This document shows, in pieces, positions 44,329 through 53,101 of a stretch of DNA of 64,000 nucleotides; within the stretch, counting starts at the first letter, position 1; every line of letters begins with the position of its first letter. A model generated the notes under the pieces. It saw nothing but the letters and a program-made list of their open reading frames with translations, had not been told where the DNA came from and did no database searches. A program made the position numbers and the translations under genes. The DNA lies in NCBI GenBank assembly GCA_025774245.1, contig JALGWI010000003.1, forward strand, positions 14,866 to 78,865. Reading direction: 5' to 3'. This DNA comes from a bacterium (GTDB lineage Bacteria > Joyebacterota > Joyebacteria > Joyebacterales > Joyebacteraceae).

Positions 44329-45300
44329 TCAGTGGACGCCCTCCTCGCCGTAGACCGCGACCCGGTTCTTGCCGGCCGCCTTCGCCTGGTAGAGGGCCTG
44401 GTCCGCGTGCTCCAGGAGTTCCCGCTTGCTCTCCGCCTGGGCCGGGAAGGTCGCGACGCCGACGCTGATCGTCAGGCGTCCGCCCGGAAGCGCCTCCTCG
44501 CCCTCGAAATCGGACTCGTCGATGAGGTTCCGGACGCGCTCCGCCATCCTCCTCGCGGAGTCGGGCTTCACCTCCGGCACGATGACCGCGAACTCCTCCC
44601 CTCCGTACCGCGCGACGAAATCGCAGTTGCGGGAGGAGCGCTTGAGGAGCCGCGCGAGCCTGCGGAGAATGAGGTCGCCGGCCGGGTGCCCGTGGGTGTC
44701 GTTGTATCGCTTGAAGTCGTCGATGTCGATCATGAGCAGACTCACGACCCTGCCGTAGCGCTCCGCGCGCGAGACCTCGGTGTCGAGGAGCTGGTGGAAG
44801 AAGCGGTGGTTGTAGAGCTCGGTCAGGCCGTCCTTCCGCGAGAGTTCCTTGTAGAACTCGCCCTCGGCCGCCCGCTTCCGGAGCACGCGCGCCTCCAGAG
44901 CGTTCGAGACGATGATCCTGATCTGGTCGATGTTGAACGGCTTCGTGATGTAGTCCGACGCTCCGAGCTTCATCGACTCCACGGCCGTCTCCATCGAGGC
45001 GTACCCGGTCATCACAACCACGGCCACCTCGTACGGCAGCCGCTTCGCCGCGGCGACGACCCCGAGCCCGTCGAGCTCCGGCATGACGATGTCGGTGATG
45101 ATGACGTCGTACTGGTCGACCTGCATCTTGTCGACGGCCTCGCGGCCCGAGCACGCGAGATCGATCGAGTACCCTTCCTCGCCGAGCACCTCCTTGAGGA
45201 ACTCGCGCATGATCTCCTCGTCGTCGACGATGAGAAGTCGCGCGACCTGGCGCTCCTCGGTCTCTTCGCTCTCGTGCTGGATGTGATCCGGCGTGATCAC
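44329..45300 (-). CDS. Response regulator diguanylate cyclase (REC-GGDEF)
   Basis: LIVDDE, TDIVMP, KP receiver motifs; DIDDFK.YND..GH..GD; RNCD I-site; RYGGEEF. Confidence 0.92.
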   Translation of the reverse strand: MITPDHIQHESEETEERQVARLLIVDDEEIMREFLKEVLGEEGYSIDLACSGREAVDKMQVDQYDVIITDIVMPELDGLGVVAAAKRLPYEVAVVVMTGYASMETAVESMKLGASDYITKPFNIDQIRIIVSNALEARVLRKRAAEGEFYKELSRKDGLTELYNHRFFHQLLDTEVSRAERYGRVVSLLMIDIDDFKRYNDTHGHPAGDLILRRLARLLKRSSRNCDFVARYGGEEFAVIVPEVKPDSARRMAERVRNLIDESDFEGEEALPGGRLTISVGVATFPAQAESKRELLEHADQALYQAKAAGKNRVAVYGEEGVH

Positions 45301-47459
45301 TGCAGTCCTCCGGAAATGCCCACCTCGACGCTGGCTTCGGCCAGCGGCAGCCGCACGGTGAAGGTTGTGCCTTCGCCGACGCTGCTCTCCACCTCGATCT
45401 GTCCCTCGTGGTCCTTGATGATGCCGTAGCTCACGGAGAGCCCGAGGCCCGTTCCCTCACCGGTCTCGCGCGTGGTGAAGAAGGGCTCGAACACCCTCGG
45501 GAGATCGTCTTCGCCGATGCCGCATCCCGAGTCCTCGAACGCAACCTCGAGGGTCTCGACGCCGTCCTCGTCCGCGGTGCGGAGCGTCCGCACCGTGAGC
45601 GTGTCGTCGGCGACCATCGCGTCGCGCGCGTTCATGATGATGTTCACGAAGACCTGCCTCAGCTGGTACGGGTCGCCCAGGACCGGAAGGCGCGAACTGT
45701 CGTAGTGCGTGTCGAGCCGGATGCCCCTTGTGGTGAGCTGCCTGCCCGTCACGCGTAGCGCCTCGCGCACCACGTCGTGGATGTCGATCTGGGAGTAGGC
45801 CGACTGCGAAGCCTGGGAGAACGTCAAGAGGCTCTGCACGATGCCCCGGCAGCGCTGCGAGGCCTTCTCGATCGAAGTCAGGTGCTTGATGAGCCGCTCC
45901 CACTCCTCGTCGGTCAGGTCCTGGCGGTCCATCTCGCGGACCTTCTCGAGCGTCAGCTGCGCGTAGCCGAGGATGCCGCCCAGGGGATTGTTGAGCTCGT
46001 GCGCAACGCCCGCGGCCATCTCGCCGACTGCCGCCAGCCGACCCGACTGCACGACCCTGGTCTGCATCTCCTGAAGCTCCTGCGTCCTGTCGGCGACACG
46101 CCCCTCCAGCTCGCTGTTCAGCCGCTCGAGCTCCGACCTCATCTCCTCGAGCTCCCGCGTGCGCTCCTCGACCTTCTCCTCGAGCTCTCTGTTCCACTCC
46201 TCGGCACTCGAACGCGACTTCTCGGCGCCCTCGTACATCTTCGCGTTGTCGATCGTGCGCGCCACCTGGTTCGCCAGCATCTGGAGGAGTTCCACCTGGG
46301 CGCGACCGAACGCGCGCGGCTCGGCGCTCTGGGCCGACAGCACGCCGATCAACCTCTCGCCCGACGTGAGCGGGATGCCGAGCCAGGTTCTCACGTACTC
46401 CCGTCGTCGCCGGGACTCCTCGAGTATCCAGTGGTCGAGCTTGCGTTCCTCGTCGCCTTCGGTGATGTCGTCGACGAGAAGCACCTCTCGCTTGCGGACC
46501 ACCCACCCCGTGAGTGTGTCTCCAGGCTTGGTCTTCCGCGGCGGCAGGCGTCGGTCCCCGGCTCCCCGGACGCGGTACTCGATCTCCTCGCTCTCCTCGT
46601 CGTAGAGGCACACGGCGAGCATCGAGGTTGCGAAGAGCTCCTGCGTGCTCTCCTCGAGGTGATCGACGAGCTCATCGAGTTTGAGCGTGGACGACAGGAG
46701 CTGCCCCACGGCGTTGATGGCCTTGAGCTCGGAGACGCGCTTCTCGAGCGACTCCTTCGTCTCCCAGAGTGTCTTCCCCGCGGCGCTCGACACAATGAGC
46801 ACGACCGCGAGGAGCGGGAAGGTCGTCGAGTCGCCCGGCATGTAGGCCGCCGCCAGGAGCAGGGCGAGCGGCAGCATCGCGATCTCGACGATGACGCCGG
46901 TCCCGCCGATCCACCGCGTGTAGCTCCTCAGCGAACGCCTCGGTTCCGCTCCGGAGACGGAGCGCACGATGACGCTCGTCGCGGCGAGCATCGCGAACAT
47001 ACCCACGAAGCGCGCGGCGTCCACGAACGTGACGCCGACCGATAGGAGCTTTCCTCCCGTGAGCACGTACGCGCAGCCCGCGGCGAAGACCGCGATCACC
47101 TGGACCCCGACCTCCCGGGCGAGCCGCTTCCGCCGGTGCCCGAAGCAGGCGAGTTCCACGGCGATCGTGCCGGCCGCGGTGACGATCAGCGCGACGTCCG
47201 TTCCGAAGAGCGCCACCGTGGCGATGAAGACCGCGGCGCTGAAGTTGACGTAGGTGTTCTTGCCGATCTGGAAGGCGAAGAGCCCGGTCGCCAGGGCGAG
47301 GGCGCTCATGATCCCGACGGCGCCCCAGTCGGTCCATTCGATCCCGTAGACCGCGATCGCGAGAAGGAGGACCGCGCCGGCTGGCGCCATCCACCAGATG
47401 TCCCTGCGGACGGCCGGGACGAGCGTTTCCTTCTCGGGTATTGCGTCAGTGGTCTGCAT
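45297..47459 (-). CDS. Membrane sensor histidine kinase (multi-TM N-domain, GAF, coiled coil, HisKA/HATPase)
   Basis: Hydrophobic N-terminus; GAF WLGIPL...IGVL; AHELNNPL H-box; N.IMNA.DA, DSG.GI, FEPFFTT, GTGLGL. Confidence 0.9.
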   Translation of the reverse strand: MQTTDAIPEKETLVPAVRRDIWWMAPAGAVLLLAIAVYGIEWTDWGAVGIMSALALATGLFAFQIGKNTYVNFSAAVFIATVALFGTDVALIVTAAGTIAVELACFGHRRKRLAREVGVQVIAVFAAGCAYVLTGGKLLSVGVTFVDAARFVGMFAMLAATSVIVRSVSGAEPRRSLRSYTRWIGGTGVIVEIAMLPLALLLAAAYMPGDSTTFPLLAVVLIVSSAAGKTLWETKESLEKRVSELKAINAVGQLLSSTLKLDELVDHLEESTQELFATSMLAVCLYDEESEEIEYRVRGAGDRRLPPRKTKPGDTLTGWVVRKREVLLVDDITEGDEERKLDHWILEESRRRREYVRTWLGIPLTSGERLIGVLSAQSAEPRAFGRAQVELLQMLANQVARTIDNAKMYEGAEKSRSSAEEWNRELEEKVEERTRELEEMRSELERLNSELEGRVADRTQELQEMQTRVVQSGRLAAVGEMAAGVAHELNNPLGGILGYAQLTLEKVREMDRQDLTDEEWERLIKHLTSIEKASQRCRGIVQSLLTFSQASQSAYSQIDIHDVVREALRVTGRQLTTRGIRLDTHYDSSRLPVLGDPYQLRQVFVNIIMNARDAMVADDTLTVRTLRTADEDGVETLEVAFEDSGCGIGEDDLPRVFEPFFTTRETGEGTGLGLSVSYGIIKDHEGQIEVESSVGEGTTFTVRLPLAEASVEVGISGGLQ

Positions 47460-47594
47460 GCTGCAACCCCCCGGGCCGCGACGTCGGGCCTCACGGCCCC
47501 CCGCGGCTTCGACCCCTGGACACCAGGGCAGGCTCGACCGCGGCCCCGGAGCCCCTGCGGCGTCCGGGCAGCGATCTCGCACGCGCGGGATAAA

Positions 47595-47610
47595 TGCAAG
47601 TCACGTGCCA
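47595..47610 (-). promoter_or_regulatory. sigma54 (-24/-12) promoter for the kinase-DGC pair
   Basis: Minus strand TGGCACGTGACTTGCA, exact consensus match, 136 bp upstream of the kinase start. Confidence 0.75.
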
Positions 47611-47767
47611 CGATGAAAGATCCGTGTCGCACTGCGGTGCGATATCGGGCAGATTCGACGCGATAGTGACACGGGCGAGGAGGAGGTCTCTCCCGGGCCG
47701 TGAAAGCCGGAGGGGCGCCGGGCGGCGCCCCTCTGAGTGTGTACCTGTGCCGGCACCCCGCCCCGCC

Positions 47768-48658
47768 TCAGCGGGTGTCGTCCCCGGTTCCCGGGCTCCC
47801 GGGCTCCCGGTCGACATGCCGGGAACGCTCGGCCGTGACGATCTCCACGGTGAGCTCGACAGAGCCTCCGGGCACGTCGAGCCCGGAGAGGACGAGCGAG
47901 TTCGTGCCTCCGCCGAGCTTCCAGGGTCCGAACCTCCCCTCGCGGTCGACCGACTCCGGTCCGCGCCGCCCGTCGCACGTAACGAGCGAGACGGAGACGC
48001 CTCGCGCGGGCGACCCCTCGAGGATGACGCGGCCGACGAGCGACGGTGCGCCCGCGGCGATCTCGATCCTGCCGTCGAAACCGAGCCCGCCCTCGTCCGC
48101 CCAGGCCAGCCTGTGGGAAGGCGCAGCTCCCCTGGCGAGCGCGGGCCTGAGCTCCTCGCCGGCTCCGAGGCCGGCTCGCACGGCGGCCGCCTGGGAGCGC
48201 GCGAAGTCCCGCGCGACCGAGAGAGCTCTCTCGGTCAGGCGGACCACGGCGGTTCTCCCCTCCGCCTCGAGCCGGGCGAGCGCCGACCGGACGACGCGCT
48301 CCGGCGCGTCCGCCTCCTCCTCCCCCGCGAGGCTCCTGAGATCCGCCACCTCCGCCAGGCACGCTCCGCACGATGCCAGGTGCTCCTCGACCGACGCGAC
48401 GACTCGCTCGTCGGCGCTGCCGTCGGCGTAGGCCGCGAGGGCTTCCGCCTCCGGGCAGCCCGGCGACCGCGCGGGCGGCGCGTTCGATGCATCGCGGAGA
48501 ATAGACGTCACGCGCTCGATCTCGGCCAGGCGCGCGGCGCACCGACCGCACGACGCGACGTGCTCGCGCACGGTCCGTCCGGACTCGTCGTCGAGCGCAT
48601 CCGCCGCGAACGCCAGGAGCGCCGCATTCTCGGGACACGTCCCGCTCATGTTGTTCAC
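47768..48658 (-). CDS. Soluble anti-sigma factor with two zf-HC2 (ZAS) motifs and a C-terminal beta-sandwich-like domain
   Basis: CP...L..F..D.L......HVASCGRC and CP....L..Y.DG......HLASCGAC; no TM helix; start overlaps the sigma stop. Confidence 0.8.
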   Translation of the reverse strand: MNNMSGTCPENAALLAFAADALDDESGRTVREHVASCGRCAARLAEIERVTSILRDASNAPPARSPGCPEAEALAAYADGSADERVVASVEEHLASCGACLAEVADLRSLAGEEEADAPERVVRSALARLEAEGRTAVVRLTERALSVARDFARSQAAAVRAGLGAGEELRPALARGAAPSHRLAWADEGGLGFDGRIEIAAGAPSLVGRVILEGSPARGVSVSLVTCDGRRGPESVDREGRFGPWKLGGGTNSLVLSGLDVPGGSVELTVEIVTAERSRHVDREPGSPGTGDDTR

Positions 48659-49269
48659 CTCTCTTCCCAGTAGCGGCTGACTCCGCTCTCCTGCCGGAGC
48701 TTCGCGAGCGCCCGGAAGACGAGACCGCTCATGGCCCCGACCGACGTCCCGAGCTGCTCGGCGACCTCGCGGTACGTGAACCCCTCGAAGTAGATGAGCT
48801 TCACGACCACGGCCTCCCTCGATGAGAGCGCGCGCGCGATCGCCTGTTCGAGCGACATCCGGAGATCGCGGTTCCCGATGCGTTCGGGCGATCCGGTCCC
48901 GCCGGCCTTCGGCTCTTCCCTGTTCTCCTCGACCTCATCGCACTCCCGCCTCCGCGACCGCTTCCTGAGCGAATCGATGCAGACGTTCCTGACGATCCTG
49001 TAGATCCACGTCTCGAGCTTGCAGTCGCCCTTCCAGGTCGCGAGCGCTCGCCCGTTGCGCCGGAGGAATTTGTAGATCGCCTCCTCGAAGATCTCCTCCA
49101 TCGCCGTCTCGTCCCAATCGGCGTCGAAGCGCGCGTTCGCCCGGACGATGGCGCTGTAGATGAGCTTCCGGTAGCGGGTGACGAACTCCGCCCACGTATC
49201 GGAATCGCCGGCCCGGAGTCGCTCGATCATCCGGGCGACGTCGGCATCGATCTTCCCTCGAGTCGCCAA
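48655..49269 (-). CDS. ECF sigma-70 family RNA polymerase sigma factor
   Basis: Region 2 TWIYRIVRN.CID.LRK; region 4 L...E..V..L.YFEG.TY.EVA..LG.S...RAL.KLR; TTG start with RBS. Confidence 0.92.
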   Translation of the reverse strand: MATRGKIDADVARMIERLRAGDSDTWAEFVTRYRKLIYSAIVRANARFDADWDETAMEEIFEEAIYKFLRRNGRALATWKGDCKLETWIYRIVRNVCIDSLRKRSRRRECDEVEENREEPKAGGTGSPERIGNRDLRMSLEQAIARALSSREAVVVKLIYFEGFTYREVAEQLGTSVGAMSGLVFRALAKLRQESGVSRYWEER

Positions 49270-49290
49270 GACGGGTACCCCTCTTCCTGT

Positions 49291-49318
49291 CCAACGGTCG
49301 TCCGACGGGGGCGTTTTC
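49291..49318 (-). promoter_or_regulatory. Candidate ECF-type autoregulatory promoter
   Basis: Minus strand GAAAAC-16 nt-CGTTGG (AAC/CGT ECF signature) 22 bp upstream of the sigma start. Confidence 0.5.
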
Positions 49319-49329
49319 TTCGCGCGAAC

Positions 49330-50847
49330 TCAGGGTCGATTCGGAACGGCCCCGGGGCTCGCGAGGTTCAGGGCGGGATCGCCATAGAGGACGTAGTTCG
49401 CCCAGGTGATCGGGTGGGCGCCGAGGAGTGCTGCGCGGGCGGCCGTCACGGCCCCGCCGAGCGTCGCGCCGCCGGCCAGCTCGCGGTAGAACGCCCTCGC
49501 GAACGAGGCGCTCCCCGCGTCGTGGAGCTCCCACAGCGTACCGAGGTACGCGGGGACGCCCCACCGGAGGAACTGCCGCGCCGTGTCGGCCGACCCGCTC
49601 TCCTCCAGCCCGGTGTCCGCGCCGGACCCGCAGGAGTTCGCGAAGACGAGAAGCGGGGGCACGTCCGGCCTCGAGCCGAGGTCGTCGGGCGAGACGGCCT
49701 CGCCGTCGCCGAGCACCCAGCCGGTCCTGCCTTCCGTGTGGGACGTGTGGCTCGCGAAGTGAACGACGTCGAACCCCTCCGTCAGAAGGAGCTTCAGTTC
49801 CCGCGCGCTTCGCGGGGACTTGCGCTCCGCGCGAAGGAGGTCGGGTCGTTCGGCCGCGAGGTCGAGAAGGAGCGCCGCTTCGCGCTCCGCGTCCGGCAGC
49901 TCGCGCCCGGGGCTGCCGGCCTCGAGGTTCGCGAGGAGCAGCAGCCGCAGCGGGCCGGGCCTCCGTGAACGATTCGGTGGCGCTCCGAGCTCGTCGCGGA
50001 TCTGTCGCGACGTGTTGAACAGCTGCCAGAGGAACTGGCCGCCGGGGCGCGGCACCATGAGTTCCCAGGGGAACCGGGCGAGCTCGGGCTGGAGCCTGAG
50101 CAGCAGGTGGTCGCCCGGAAGATCCGCGATGCGGCCGCGGGCCTCGGAGTCCTCGCCGAGAAGCGCGTCGCCGAGCCCGACGCCGAGCGAGTAGACGCGC
50201 CGCTGCCAATCGGCGATCTCGTCGCGACCGGGCGCGGCGGCCCCGAACGCGAGGGAGCGTCGGGCGAGTTCGTCGAACGCCGTCAGGATCGCCGCCTCGG
50301 CCTCGGGGTTGCGCGCGCTGACGAAATCGCGGCCGCTGGCCCCGCGCGAATCGGCGATCATCGCCGTGAGCTTCCCCGGCGGCTCCGCGCGCAGGTGCAC
50401 GTCGGGCGTCATCGCCGCCCGGAGGGGCTGCGCCCGCTCCATTCCCCGCCATCGCCAGACGACGAGGGCGACGGCGAGCGCCAGGAGTGCGCCGAGCCAC
50501 GCCGGATGGAGGAAGGCCTCGAAGACGGCCGCGGCGCCGTGATAGACGGCGCGGTAGATCGCCGATCGGCCGCCGTAGGGAATGCTCCTGAGGGCGCCCC
50601 AGAGAACGACGAGAGCGGCGACGATCCAGAGGAGAGGGACGGCCGCCCTCGGGGATCGCGACCGCGCGCCCGCCGAACCCGCGCCGACCGACCCCGCGCG
50701 GTTCCCGGCTGAGTCCGCCGTCGTCTCGAACCGTCCGCCGCAGGCCTCGCAGCGTACCGTTCGGCGGACCGTCCGGTCCGTCCCGCTCCAGCGTTCCTCT
50801 TCGGTCGCGAGCTTCCCACCGCAGCGCGGGCAGGCTTCACGCTTCAC
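49330..50847 (-). CDS. CHAT-domain (caspase HetF-associated) protease with N-terminal Zn ribbon and TM helices
   Basis: CPRC...CEAC; hydrophobic segments; LARFPWELM, L..AE.EA, VVHFASH, VFANSC, F...GV..YLGTLW, F...FY..L..G..LG.AV..AR, WANYVLYGDP. Confidence 0.85.
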   Translation of the reverse strand: MKREACPRCGGKLATEEERWSGTDRTVRRTVRCEACGGRFETTADSAGNRAGSVGAGSAGARSRSPRAAVPLLWIVAALVVLWGALRSIPYGGRSAIYRAVYHGAAAVFEAFLHPAWLGALLALAVALVVWRWRGMERAQPLRAAMTPDVHLRAEPPGKLTAMIADSRGASGRDFVSARNPEAEAAILTAFDELARRSLAFGAAAPGRDEIADWQRRVYSLGVGLGDALLGEDSEARGRIADLPGDHLLLRLQPELARFPWELMVPRPGGQFLWQLFNTSRQIRDELGAPPNRSRRPGPLRLLLLANLEAGSPGRELPDAEREAALLLDLAAERPDLLRAERKSPRSARELKLLLTEGFDVVHFASHTSHTEGRTGWVLGDGEAVSPDDLGSRPDVPPLLVFANSCGSGADTGLEESGSADTARQFLRWGVPAYLGTLWELHDAGSASFARAFYRELAGGATLGGAVTAARAALLGAHPITWANYVLYGDPALNLASPGAVPNRP

Positions 50848-50896
50848 GGATTCCCTCCGTCGGCTCGGCGCTCACCCGGCGGGCGCGCCGTGCGTG

Positions 50897-53101
50897 TCAC
50901 ACGGGCGGCAGCTCGATGACGCTGTCCGCCAGATCGGCTCCGTGCTTCTCACACGCGAGGACGATCACCTGCCGCTCCCTCGAGATCTCCCGCAGGAGTT
51001 CGAGCGCGGCGCGGCGCCGCTCGGGATCGCAGTTCACGAGCACGTCGTCCAGGATAAACGGCGACCCGTCCGAGCCCCCGAGGAACATCAGGAGCGCGTA
51101 GCGCGTCGCGAGGTACAGCTGGTCGACGGTCCCGACGCTCAGATCGGCGGCGTCGAGCGCCGGCGATCCCGCGGGCGTGACGGGAGTCGCCGCCGAACCG
51201 CTCCCGGCCGGCACGCTCCCGGCCGGCACACTTCCAGCGGCGGAAGCAGTGGAGACTGGAACAGAGACCGGCCTCGCGACGGAGACGCTGAGGTCGTCCC
51301 CCACCGTCACCTCGGAGTAGCGGCCCAGCGTGAGCGTCGAGAAGACCCTCCCGACGACGGGCTCGATCGCGGAGGAGGCTTCCTCCTTCGTGCTCGAGAG
51401 CGCCGACTCGATGCCGTCGCGCGCGAGGCGCAGGATCCGTTCGCGGACGGCAAGCGCGTCGAGCTCGCCACGGACGGCTTCGAGGCGCGCCTCGAGATCG
51501 GGCAGGGAGTCGCCGGACGCGGACTGCTCGAGACGGATCTCCGCGCGCTTCACGGTCTCCGACAGGCGGGCGACGGTCTCCCGGAGCTCGACGCCTCTGG
51601 TGCGAAGCGCGGCGATCTCCGTTGCCGAGAGCACGGTCGCCTCGCCTCCCGTATCCTCGAGGATCTCCTCGAACCCCTTCAGCCTGCGCTCGAGCGCGGT
51701 CGACTCGACCAGGAGATCCTCCTCGTACCGATCGGGCCCGACGTCCCCGACGATGCCGGAAAGGAAGTCGGTCTTCCGTGCGACCTCCTTCTGGGTCTCG
51801 TCGTTGGCGGCCCGTGTCTGCTCGAACGCCTCCCAGGTCGCCGCTCCCACGGCGGCGAGCACCTCCCGGAGCGATGCCTCGTTCCGCTCGCGCGCGGCCT
51901 CCTCGCGCCTCACGTCGTGGGCGAACGCCCAGAGGCGCGTCGTCCTCCGGAAGAGCAGGATCGCCGCGACGGCTGCCGCCGCGCCCGCCGCGATGAGCCA
52001 CACGCGGAGCGCGGGCGAGATCGGCGCGAAGATCGGCGTGAAGATGAGGGCGAGCGCGGCCGCGCCCGCCACGATCGCGATCGCTCCGGAGCGCCGGCCA
52101 GCGTTCTGCCACTCGCCTCGCGGAGCTCGCTCCGCGAGCACGCCGATCCTCCGCTTCGACTCGTCGACGGCGGCCTTGGCTTCGACGACCGGCATCTCCT
52201 TCTCCGGTGCCGTGCGGGGGATCCTCTCCCACGCGGCGGCGAGGTCGGAGCGGAGCTTCCGGACGCGCGCGATCTGGGTCTCCTTCTCCGTCAGCGCCTT
52301 CCTGACCTCGTCGAGACCCTCACCGCTCTCGCGGCGTTTCTCCTCCACCTCGAGGGTGCGCTCGATCCTCCCCAGCTCCTCCGCCGCGGACGCGAGCTCG
52401 TCGCGCTCCTTCTCGAGTCCGCTCCGCGTTCGGAGAAGCTCGTTCCACCCTCGGCCGGCCTCGTCGATCCGACGCTCGAGATCCGTCTCCGAGTCGGTGA
52501 GCGTCCTGAGCCGGCCGGCATTCTTCGCCGGGCGGTCGAAGCCCCGCCGCATCGCGGCGATCTCCCGCTCGATCCTGGCGACGACGCCTGCCGCGTCGAC
52601 GGCGCCGCTCGCGCTCGTCATCTTGCGCTCGATCATGGGCACGAGTTCGCCCCGCCTGCTCTGCCCCGCGCGGCCCTCGAGGACCGCCAGCTCGCCCTGC
52701 CGAACGGCGGCGACCGATTGGAAGGCGTCCCGCGTGGCGAAGCCGAGGACCTCTCGGATGCGTTCGTCGATCCTGTTCTTGTCGGCCACGACCGTGGACT
52801 GCGTCAGATCGGTGAGCTCCCCGCGGCCGGCGCCGAAGTCCTTTGTGAGCCTCTCGAGCGCGCCCTCGTGCTCGAAGTCGAGCTCGAGCCGCATCGCGCT
52901 CGTCGATCCCCACCTCTCGAGCCCGAGGACCGTCTGCGCCTTCGATGCTGCGTCGCAGAAGAGGACGGTCGCGATCGCATCGACCACCGTGCTCTTGCCG
53001 GACTCGTTCGACCCGACGATAAGATTGAGGCCGGGCTCGAGGAGGATCTCGAAGTCCGCGAACCTCCTGAAGTTCACGAGTCTGAGGCGTCGGATTCTCA
53101 C
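50897..53101 (-). CDS. YhaN/SbcE-like SMC/Rad50-type AAA ATPase with an internal TM hairpin
   Basis: GTG 53101 VRIRRLRLVNF; G.NESGKST; coiled coils; central hydrophobic pair; LSVGT..QLYLA.R and ILDD. Confidence 0.85.
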   Translation of the reverse strand: MRIRRLRLVNFRRFADFEILLEPGLNLIVGSNESGKSTVVDAIATVLFCDAASKAQTVLGLERWGSTSAMRLELDFEHEGALERLTKDFGAGRGELTDLTQSTVVADKNRIDERIREVLGFATRDAFQSVAAVRQGELAVLEGRAGQSRRGELVPMIERKMTSASGAVDAAGVVARIEREIAAMRRGFDRPAKNAGRLRTLTDSETDLERRIDEAGRGWNELLRTRSGLEKERDELASAAEELGRIERTLEVEEKRRESGEGLDEVRKALTEKETQIARVRKLRSDLAAAWERIPRTAPEKEMPVVEAKAAVDESKRRIGVLAERAPRGEWQNAGRRSGAIAIVAGAAALALIFTPIFAPISPALRVWLIAAGAAAAVAAILLFRRTTRLWAFAHDVRREEAARERNEASLREVLAAVGAATWEAFEQTRAANDETQKEVARKTDFLSGIVGDVGPDRYEEDLLVESTALERRLKGFEEILEDTGGEATVLSATEIAALRTRGVELRETVARLSETVKRAEIRLEQSASGDSLPDLEARLEAVRGELDALAVRERILRLARDGIESALSSTKEEASSAIEPVVGRVFSTLTLGRYSEVTVGDDLSVSVARPVSVPVSTASAAGSVPAGSVPAGSGSAATPVTPAGSPALDAADLSVGTVDQLYLATRYALLMFLGGSDGSPFILDDVLVNCDPERRRAALELLREISRERQVIVLACEKHGADLADSVIELPPV
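51200..51229. repeat. 15-bp tandem duplication in a low-complexity insertion of the ATPase
   Basis: (gctcccggccggcac)x2 encoding VPAGS VPAGS. Confidence 0.8.
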
